A stretch of 35,530 nucleotides of DNA, taken from an uncultured Solibacteraceae bacterium (GTDB taxonomy: Bacteria > Acidobacteriota > Vicinamibacteria > Vicinamibacterales > SCN-69-37). This document shows, piece by piece, positions 16,246 to 23,834 of this stretch (positions are counted from its first letter, which is position 1; every line of letters begins with the position of its first letter). A program made the translations under genes and the position numbers. The stretch covers positions 12,255 to 47,784 of the forward strand of contig CAYZLT010000002.1 in assembly GCA_964479175.1 (NCBI GenBank). Direction: 5' to 3'. The notes beneath the pieces are model-generated. The model did not search any database, was not told where the DNA came from, and saw nothing but the letters and a program-made list of their open reading frames with translations.

Positions 16246-17129
16246 CGAGACATGGTCCACGATGCGACAAGGTCCAGGGTCCAGGGTTCCTGCTCGGAGT
16301 CCTCGTTCTGAGTGCGATGGTGCTGAGTGCGGCGACGCAACCCGCGCCGAAAAGGATCATCAGTCTCATCCCGGCGGTCACCGAAATGTTGTTTGCAATT
16401 GGTGCGGGTGACCAGGTCGTCGGGGTCTCCAGCTTCGATACATACCCGGCGGAGGTGGAGACACGCCAGAAAGTCGGGGGACTCTTTGATCCGAACTTCG
16501 AGCGCATCCTGTCGCTTCGACCGGACATGGTCATCACCTACGGGTCACAGGATGAACTGACCACACGTCTCAAGACCGCGAACATCCCATGGTTCTCCTA
16601 TCGCCACGGCGGGCTGGCCGACATCACGTCCACCATTCGCGCGCTGGGCGTACGCACAGGGCATGCGGCGCAGGCACAGACGTTGGCCTCGCAGATTGAA
16701 ACGGAGCTGGCGGCGGTGAAAGCACGGTCTGCAGGGAAAGCACGACCGCGGACGCTTGTCGTCTTTGGACGCGAAGAAGGGTCGCTGCGCGGATTGTTTG
16801 TCAGCGGCGGCGTCGGCTTCCTGCATGACCTGCTGGAATTGGCCGGCGGCGAAAACGTGATGGCCGACGTCGCACGTGAGGGACTCCAGTTGTCGAGTGA
16901 ACAGCTGCTCGGCCGCGCCCCCGACGTGGTGATCGAATTGCGCAATGGACAGGCATGGTCGCCCGATCGGCGCGCGCGCGAGCTGGGCGTGTGGCGGGAC
17001 GCACGCATTCCCGCATCCAGAAACGGACGAGTCCATCTCCTGGCCGACCCGTCCCTGGTCATCCCCGGCCCGCGCGTGGGCCAGGCCGCACGCACGATCG
17101 CCGACGTCATATTTTTGCAAGCCCGCTGA
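16242..17129 (+). CDS. btuF: Cobalamin-binding periplasmic protein (helical-backbone metal receptor)
   Basis: PKRIISLIPAVTEMLFAIGAGDQVVGVS…DTYP, PNFERILSLRPD, PGPR. Confidence 0.88.
   Translation: MTRHGPRCDKVQGPGFLLGVLVLSAMVLSAATQPAPKRIISLIPAVTEMLFAIGAGDQVVGVSSFDTYPAEVETRQKVGGLFDPNFERILSLRPDMVITYGSQDELTTRLKTANIPWFSYRHGGLADITSTIRALGVRTGHAAQAQTLASQIETELAAVKARSAGKARPRTLVVFGREEGSLRGLFVSGGVGFLHDLLELAGGENVMADVAREGLQLSSEQLLGRAPDVVIELRNGQAWSPDRRARELGVWRDARIPASRNGRVHLLADPSLVIPGPRVGQAARTIADVIFLQAR
16254..16290 (+). repeat. 37-bp GGTCCA[CG] heptamer-based dispersed repeat, copy inside the 5' end of btuF
   Basis: GGTCCACGATGCGACAAGGTCCAGGGTCCAGGGTTCC; 32/37 identical to 31168-31204. Confidence 0.8.
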
Positions 17130-17221
17130 TACCGCGAACACCTCTGCCTTCGTCCGTCCACTACGAGTCAGCATAGTTTTTCCCATAACGAAAGAACTTC
17201 GGAAAGTCCCCGAACAAAGGA

Positions 17222-17251
17222 TTGACGGGGGCGAGTGGCCCCGCTTACAGT
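17222..17251 (+). promoter_or_regulatory. Sigma70-type promoter of the large TonB receptor
   Basis: TTGACG - 18 nt - TACAGT, about 85 nt upstream of the ATG. Confidence 0.55.
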
Positions 17252-17334
17252 GCCGAATTCCTGTAAATACGGTACGAAGTTGTCCGACAACGGGCGCTTG
17301 GTCGTTCGGCAATCCAGACTTAGGGGGAGAAGTA

Positions 17335-20300
17335 ATGAAGCAAGGACTCGTCCGGCTCGGCTCGCTCGTCGCCATCATGCTGATGGTCACGACGCTGGCC
17401 TACGGTCAGGGCAGTGTCAGCTCGACACTGACCGGCACCGTACTCGACACCTCCGGCGGCGCCATTCCCGGTGCCACGGTCGTCGCAAAAAACAGCGGTA
17501 CCGGCGTCACGACGGAAGCCATCTCGTCGTCGCAGGGCACGTTCACCATTCCCGCGTTGCTCCCCGGCACCTATTCAGTGACGGTGTCACTGACGGGATT
17601 CAAAACGGCCGTCTATAACGGCGTCATGCTCAACGCCGGTGTCCCGTCGGCGATCGCCGCGCGACTGGAAGTCGGCGGCATCACGGAAACGGTCATCGTC
17701 GAAGGCGCGACCGCGCTGGTCCAGACGGTGTCGTCGGCCGTGTCGTCGACGGTCAACACCAAACAGATTCAGAGTCTGCCGCTGACCTCCCGGTCCGTGA
17801 TCGACTTCGTCACGTTCCTGCCCGGCGTGCAGACGGCCGGCGGCAACCGCGGATCAGCCATCAACGGCCTCCCGCAGGCGACGATCAACATCACGCTCGA
17901 CGGGGTGAACATCCAGGACAACACGCTGCGCAGCACCGACGGGTTTTTCACCATCATCTCTCCGCGTCTTGACGCGATCGAAGAAGTCACGGTGTCCACG
18001 GCGGCCGGCGAATCAGCCGGTGGCGGCTCCGGTGCCGTGCAGATTCGGTTCACGACCCGCTCGGGCACCAATGCCTACACGGGCAGCCTGTACCACTACT
18101 ATCGCGACGACACGTGGAATGTGTTTGGGCAGAAGCTGAACCTGAACATGAACACGTGGTTCAACAATCGCAATGGCGTGGCCAAGCCCAAGCTTCTGCA
18201 GCATCAGCGTGGCGGCCGCCTCGGCGGTCCCATCGTCATCCCGGGTCTGTATGACGGACGCGGCAAAGCGTTTTTCTTCACCAACGTTGAACACTTCCTC
18301 CAGCCCTCGGAGGTCACGCGCACACGGACCATCTTCCATGAACGTGCCCGCGCGGGGTTCTATCGTTACGGCACCGCTGGCGCCCCGACGGAAGTCAACC
18401 TGCTCACACTCGCGGCTGCCAACGGCCAGTTGGCGACGATGGATCCGACGATTCAGAAATTGCTGGCGGATATTCGTCAGGCGACTTCCACAACGGGCAG
18501 CATCACCACCAATGCCAATCCGCAGCACGATACCTACGACTACAACGTGGCGGTGGAATCCCGCCGCTGGTTCCCGACGTACCGGCTCGACTACAACTTC
18601 ACGAACAACCACAGGTTCTCGACGATCCTGAACTGGCACTCGTTCAGTGACTTCCCGGATACCTTGAACGGTTTTGATCCCTCGTTCCCTGGCTTCCCGG
18701 TGTTCGGGTCGCAGTCCTCCAAGCGCCGGTCGTCGAGCAACTCGCTGCGTTCGACGTTCGGCCAAAACGTGGTCAACGAAGCGCGCATTGCGTTCCAGGG
18801 TTCGCCCGTTGAGTTCTTCAACGAACAGTTTGACCCGCAGATTTGGAACCAGCCGTTTGGCGGCCAGGGCGGCTTCCACCTCGCCCTGGGCAACGGGATC
18901 AACAACGCCGGCCCTGCCCCCAATGCGCAGTCGCGCAACGTCGATACCTGGCGGATCGAGAACACGGTGAGCTGGTTGAAGGGGTCGCACAGCTTCAGCT
19001 TTGGCGCGTCGTTTGACCGGGCCAACTCCTGGAACAAGTTCAAGACAACGGTGCCGACCGTCGGCTTCGCCATGTTGCCAACGGACCCCGCGATCGGCAT
19101 GTTCACGACGGCGAACTTCCCGGGCGCCTCGGCGGCGCAGTTGACCGCCGCGCAGAACATGTATGCGCTGCTGACGGGCCGTGTGAACAGCCTGGCAGGC
19201 ACGGCGCGCGTGGATTCGTCCACCGGCAAGTACGTGTTCAGCGGTCTTGGCCTCGAGGAGTCCCGGCTCGACGAGTACGGGGTGTTCGCGCAGGACAGCT
19301 GGCGCGTGCGTTCGAACCTGAGCGTGAACATCGGTCTGCGCTGGGATGTGCAGGCGCCCTTCCGCGCCCTGAACAACTCCTACGCGACGGCCACGATCGA
19401 CAGCGTGTGGGGCCGGTCGGGCTATGCCGCGGGCTGCGACCTCTCCAACGCAACGCCTGAGACGTGCAACCTCTTCAAGCCGGGCCAGATGCCGGGCTCA
19501 CCGACGGTGTACGAACAGTGGAAGGCCGGGACGAAGGCGTACAACGTGGACTGGAACAACGTGGCGCCGAGCATTGGCTTCAACTGGACGCCCGATCGCC
19601 TTGATGGATTCCTGGGCACGCTGATGGGTGCCTCAGGCGACTTCGCCATCCGCGGCGGATTCGCGCGGTCTTTCCAGCGCCCGGCGATGGGCGATCTCCG
19701 CGCACGGTTCTCCACCAACCCCGGTCTCGCGATCGCGGTGGCCAAGAACCAGTCGCTCGGCAACCTCGGCGCGAACCCGCTGCTGTTCCGCGATTCGGCG
19801 AACATGACGCCTGCGACCTTCAACGACACGCCGGTGTTTCCAAACTCCGGTCTGGTCACCAACAGCGTCAACGCATTTGACCCGAATCTCCAGGTGCCGT
19901 ATGCCGACACCTGGACTCTGGGTGTGCAGCGCGGGATCACCAAGAACATGGCAGGTGAAGTCCGCTACGTGGGCACACGTGCCCGTCAGCAGTGGACCAA
20001 CTACAACTACAACGAGCTGAACATCATTGAAAACGGCATCCTCAATGAGTTCAAACTCGCGCAGGCGAACCTGCAGGCCAACGTGGCGGCCGGACTGTCG
20101 ACGCAAGGGTTCCGCTACCGCGGCCCTGGCACGGGCACCTCACCGCTGCCGATCTTCCTCGCGTACTTCAGCGGCGTGGCCGGGGCCAACGCGGGTGATG
20201 CGGCGCGGTACTCGTCGACGCTGTTCACGAATACGACGTTTCTGAACCCGCTGTCGCGACACAACCCGAACCCGTTCACGTTCGGCAATGCGCTCGACAA

Positions 20301-21222
20301 CGATGCCACCCGTCGCGCCAACGCGTTGGCGGCCGGCCTTCCGGCCAACTTCCTGCGCGCCAACCCGGACAAGCTGGGTGGCGCCGTGGTGGGCGGTCAT
20401 GGTGACTTCACCAACTTCAACTCGCTGCAGCTCGAGTTGCGCCGGCGTCTCGCCAACGGCGTGCAGTTCAACGCCAGCTACGTCTGGGGCGTCGGGGAAC
20501 AGTCGATTCGCTACTCGTTCCGCGTCCCGCGTCAGACGGCCAAGCGCACCGGCATCGCCGGTGGCGCCGAGGTCACCCACGCGTTCAAGCTCAACTACAT
20601 GCTGGAACTGCCCTTCGGTCGCGGCAAGCGGTTCATAAGCGATGCGGGGTCCATCCTCGATCGTGTGGTCGGTGGCTGGCAGCTGCACGGCAACGTCCGC
20701 GTCCAGAGTGGTGCGTGGGTCGAGTTCGGCAACGTCAACATGGTCGGCTTCGACGAGAAGGAGCTGCGCAAGATGTTCAAGCTCCGTATCAACGAAAACC
20801 AGCGGGTCTTCATGCTGCCGCAGGCGATCATTGACGAGACCATCAAGGCGTTCAGCACCAGCCCGACGACGGCCAGCGGCTACGGCGCGCTCGGCGCACC
20901 GAGCGGCAAATATTTCGCGCCCGCGATGGGAGCGAACTGCCTGGAAACCATCTCCGCGAACTACGGCGATTGCGGCACGCGGGAACTCTCGGTCCGCGGT
21001 CCGGCCTTCAAGGAAGTGGACATCAGCATCATGAAGCTCCTGCCCATCGTGAAGCGGGTCCAGGCGGAGTTCCGCGTTGAGATGTTAAACGCGTTCAACA
21101 CGGTCAACTACGTCCCCGTGACGGGCGTTGGCAGCACCACGGGAGCGGGCTTCGAAATCGGCGGCCTGACCGGCACCAACACTGCACGCGTCGTCCAGCT
21201 CATCACTCGTATCAGCTGGTAA
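17335..21222 (+). CDS. Large Oar-type TonB-dependent receptor with carboxypeptidase-regulatory-like N-domain (acidobacterial type)
   Basis: SD GGGGGAG before ATG 17335; signal peptide; LTGTVLDTSGGAIPGATV; LDAIEEVTV; TRSGTN; FAQDSWRV; APSIGFNW; FRVEMLNAFN; C-terminal RVVQLITRISW. Confidence 0.92.
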   Translation: MKQGLVRLGSLVAIMLMVTTLAYGQGSVSSTLTGTVLDTSGGAIPGATVVAKNSGTGVTTEAISSSQGTFTIPALLPGTYSVTVSLTGFKTAVYNGVMLNAGVPSAIAARLEVGGITETVIVEGATALVQTVSSAVSSTVNTKQIQSLPLTSRSVIDFVTFLPGVQTAGGNRGSAINGLPQATINITLDGVNIQDNTLRSTDGFFTIISPRLDAIEEVTVSTAAGESAGGGSGAVQIRFTTRSGTNAYTGSLYHYYRDDTWNVFGQKLNLNMNTWFNNRNGVAKPKLLQHQRGGRLGGPIVIPGLYDGRGKAFFFTNVEHFLQPSEVTRTRTIFHERARAGFYRYGTAGAPTEVNLLTLAAANGQLATMDPTIQKLLADIRQATSTTGSITTNANPQHDTYDYNVAVESRRWFPTYRLDYNFTNNHRFSTILNWHSFSDFPDTLNGFDPSFPGFPVFGSQSSKRRSSSNSLRSTFGQNVVNEARIAFQGSPVEFFNEQFDPQIWNQPFGGQGGFHLALGNGINNAGPAPNAQSRNVDTWRIENTVSWLKGSHSFSFGASFDRANSWNKFKTTVPTVGFAMLPTDPAIGMFTTANFPGASAAQLTAAQNMYALLTGRVNSLAGTARVDSSTGKYVFSGLGLEESRLDEYGVFAQDSWRVRSNLSVNIGLRWDVQAPFRALNNSYATATIDSVWGRSGYAAGCDLSNATPETCNLFKPGQMPGSPTVYEQWKAGTKAYNVDWNNVAPSIGFNWTPDRLDGFLGTLMGASGDFAIRGGFARSFQRPAMGDLRARFSTNPGLAIAVAKNQSLGNLGANPLLFRDSANMTPATFNDTPVFPNSGLVTNSVNAFDPNLQVPYADTWTLGVQRGITKNMAGEVRYVGTRARQQWTNYNYNELNIIENGILNEFKLAQANLQANVAAGLSTQGFRYRGPGTGTSPLPIFLAYFSGVAGANAGDAARYSSTLFTNTTFLNPLSRHNPNPFTFGNALDNDATRRANALAAGLPANFLRANPDKLGGAVVGGHGDFTNFNSLQLELRRRLANGVQFNASYVWGVGEQSIRYSFRVPRQTAKRTGIAGGAEVTHAFKLNYMLELPFGRGKRFISDAGSILDRVVGGWQLHGNVRVQSGAWVEFGNVNMVGFDEKELRKMFKLRINENQRVFMLPQAIIDETIKAFSTSPTTASGYGALGAPSGKYFAPAMGANCLETISANYGDCGTRELSVRGPAFKEVDISIMKLLPIVKRVQAEFRVEMLNAFNTVNYVPVTGVGSTTGAGFEIGGLTGTNTARVVQLITRISW

Positions 21223-21245
21223 GCGATAGCGTTTCGTGCATACTG

Positions 21246-21284
21246 GCCCGGGTGGGGACATGTCCCCCCCGGGCTTCTTTTTTT
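21246..21284 (+). terminator. Rho-independent terminator
   Basis: GCCCGGG-T-GGGGACATGTCCCC-CCCGGGC followed by TTCTTTTTTT. Confidence 0.85.
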
Positions 21285-21301
21285 CCACTGGGCCTTTCAC
21301 C

Positions 21302-23077
21302 ATGCGTTCCCTCTTGCTCGCCCTGATTGCGGCCGTGCTCGGCGCGACGTCGTACGCCCAGAGCCCGCAGTTTGTGCTGTCGTCGCGTGACCGCGCGAAC
21401 CTGCTGGCGGTCGACTTCCTCGCCACAGGTCAGGACGGCTCCCCCTTCGACACGTTGGCGCCGGCAGACGTGACCGTCCGGCTAGGGGGCAAGGCACGTC
21501 GGGTTGTGGCGCTCGACTTTGTGCGTGCGCAGGCTCACGACGTCACCTCGGTCGCTGCCCCGTTTGGCGACAACGTCGCACCACTGGCCCCACGATCGCT
21601 GATTCTGATGGTGGACGCCGACACGATCAGACCCGGCCGAACCGCGGCCGTCCGCGACGCCGCACAGCAGTTGCTGGCAGGCCTCGCGCCGCGGGACCGT
21701 GTGGCCCTGGTCACGGTGCCTTTTGGCGGGCTCGCCGTCGACCTCACGACCGATCACACACGAGTGCTCCAGGCGTTGAACGGACTCACCGCGCAGAGCT
21801 CCCGCGGCGAAACAGTGGGCGACGCGCAGTGCCGCACGCTGACCACACTCGCCGCGATGAGCGACATGCTCCTCAGACTCAGCGCGGTGGAGGATCCGGT
21901 GACGGTCGTCCTCTTTTCGAGCCACCAAGCTGGCCCTCAAAACATGATTCGCATGACCGGTGAGGCCTCAGCCGGCGGCGCGTGTGAGCTGCGTGCGTCC
22001 CACTTCACCGATCTGGGACACGCAGCCGCCCGCGCGCGCGCACACTTCTATGTCGTGCATGCCGACCTTGAACAGCGCAGCCGCGGCCTCGATGGCCTTG
22101 AGCACATCTCCGGCGTGACTGGCGGGCCCCTTCTCCACCTGTCGACTGACGACGGCCGCGCGGCCGTGGGACGAATCCTCACGGAAACGTCCGGGCACTA
22201 CGTGGCGCGCATCACACGAGAGCCGTCTGACACTGCGGACCAGGTCCAGAACATCAGCGTCTCGACCTCGCGGTCCGGTGTCACGATCTGGCGGACACCG
22301 CAGTTCCTGGTGACACGCGCGAGTGCCACATCCACCACAGCGCCAACGACCCCGACCACTGTCATCGACTTGATGCGTCAGCCACGGATCGTCAGCGACC
22401 TCCCGTTGCGGGTCACGGCACATGCCTTTCGCGATGAGGACCAGGGCAAGGTCAGACTTGCGGTGACGCTGGACTCGTCGGATCCTGCTGCCGTGCTCTC
22501 GAGCGCGATGATTGGCGTCTTCGATGAACACGGTCAGTTAGTGACTGGCCTCGAAATGTCCTCTGAGGTCCTGGCCCGGCGACCGGTTGTGGCCGCGCTC
22601 TCGGTGCCGACCGGCACCTATCGACTGCGCGCGGCCGCGCTGGAATCATCTGGACGTGGCGGCACGGCCGACCAGACGATCGACGCCGCGCTCACACAGA
22701 TCGGCCCCCTCTACGCCAGCGCCGTGATGATCGGGCTATCGCGTGAGGGTGGATTTGTGCCCGCGCTGGAATTCACCTCGGAACCCACCGCGTTCGCGAT
22801 GCTCGAACTCTACGGCGCGGTGTCGCCGGTGCCGCGCGTGGTCTTCGAAATCGCCGCCACCACCAACGGCCCGGCGGTGTTGACGATGCCGGGGCTGGTG
22901 GAGGCATCGCCAGTCGCGACCCGCGCGGTGGCGACGGCGGTGCTCCCGATTTCCCAATTGGCGCCGGGCGACTATGTGGTCAGGGTCACGGTGACCCCTG
23001 AGGGACGCGCCGGCGGACGCCTGCTCCGGACGTTACGCAAGATCAGCATGCAGCCGATCAAGGAACCGGCCCACTGA
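21302..23077 (+). CDS. Secreted VWA-domain protein (VWFA-related acidobacterial type) with C-terminal Ig-like domains
   Basis: Signal peptide; LLAVDFLA…DGSP; RSLILMVD; PRDRVALV; DLTTDH; ISGVTGG; LAPGDYVVRV. Confidence 0.75.
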   Translation: MRSLLLALIAAVLGATSYAQSPQFVLSSRDRANLLAVDFLATGQDGSPFDTLAPADVTVRLGGKARRVVALDFVRAQAHDVTSVAAPFGDNVAPLAPRSLILMVDADTIRPGRTAAVRDAAQQLLAGLAPRDRVALVTVPFGGLAVDLTTDHTRVLQALNGLTAQSSRGETVGDAQCRTLTTLAAMSDMLLRLSAVEDPVTVVLFSSHQAGPQNMIRMTGEASAGGACELRASHFTDLGHAAARARAHFYVVHADLEQRSRGLDGLEHISGVTGGPLLHLSTDDGRAAVGRILTETSGHYVARITREPSDTADQVQNISVSTSRSGVTIWRTPQFLVTRASATSTTAPTTPTTVIDLMRQPRIVSDLPLRVTAHAFRDEDQGKVRLAVTLDSSDPAAVLSSAMIGVFDEHGQLVTGLEMSSEVLARRPVVAALSVPTGTYRLRAAALESSGRGGTADQTIDAALTQIGPLYASAVMIGLSREGGFVPALEFTSEPTAFAMLELYGAVSPVPRVVFEIAATTNGPAVLTMPGLVEASPVATRAVATAVLPISQLAPGDYVVRVTVTPEGRAGGRLLRTLRKISMQPIKEPAH

Positions 23078-23812
23078 CGCGGGACCGGCCAGTCTGAACT
23101 GAATCAGGTGGTCGTGCGGACGATCGCCGACCCCAATGGACACGCCGCGACCTGTCAGCGTGGCAAACGCATCTTCGTCGGTCCGATCGTCGCCCAGGTA
23201 GACGACGCCGACGCCTGAGGTCGGCCCGATGTCCACCGCCGACCGAATCCACTCCACGGCCTTGCCCTTGTGCCATTCAGCGGCCGGCAGCAACTCCAGT
23301 GCCTGCGCGCCGGGAAGCACCCTCAGAAGATCGGCATCGAGGGCCGGCTGCGCCACCTCGACAAACTGTCCGAGCGCCGTCCCCGCCGCGTCGGGCGAGA
23401 CCTTCCGGACGTGACAGGTCAACGCGTACGTCTTGTCTTCAAGGACGACATCTGGACACCAGGCGAGCGCGAGTCTGGCTCGCGCGAGGATGTCCGCGAT
23501 CACCGGCGCGACACGCGCCAGCGCCGGGTGCAGGAACCCGCCCGTGGGTCCGCTGATTTCCAGGCCGTGCAGTCCTCCCACATACGGGGCCACGTCCGCC
23601 GTCCGCGCGCGCACATCGTCAATACGCCTGCCACTCACCACGGCCAGCGTGGTGCGGGGATGTTCGCCGACAAGGCGCAAGGTGTCGCGCACCTCTGGTG
23701 ACATGACGGCCGTACCGGGCGTCAACGCGAGTTCGGAGAGTGTGCCGTCAAAGTCGGTGACCAGGAGCAGATGGCGCTCACCCAGCCATTGCCGCACCTC
23801 ACGTGCGACCAC
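23033..23812 (-). CDS. otsB: Trehalose-6-phosphate phosphatase (HAD IIB)
   Basis: DFDGTL, VVSGR, GLHGLE, EDK…HVR, HKGKAV, YLGDDRTDEDAF. Start uncertain (GTG 23812 chosen). Confidence 0.92.
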   Translation of the reverse strand: MVAREVRQWLGERHLLLVTDFDGTLSELALTPGTAVMSPEVRDTLRLVGEHPRTTLAVVSGRRIDDVRARTADVAPYVGGLHGLEISGPTGGFLHPALARVAPVIADILARARLALAWCPDVVLEDKTYALTCHVRKVSPDAAGTALGQFVEVAQPALDADLLRVLPGAQALELLPAAEWHKGKAVEWIRSAVDIGPTSGVGVVYLGDDRTDEDAFATLTGRGVSIGVGDRPHDHLIQFRLAGPASVGRFLDRLHADLA

Positions 23813-23834
23813 ATCCGACGTGTGATAGACCCCG

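Noticed and set aside
16945-17334. 130-aa N-terminal extension of the large TonB receptor
   Set aside because: It overlaps btuF; SD, signal peptide and promoter all support ATG 17335.
17130-17334. Riboswitch or sRNA in the TonB receptor leader
   Set aside because: Only short hairpins; no aptamer consensus I can recognise. An Rfam scan would settle it.
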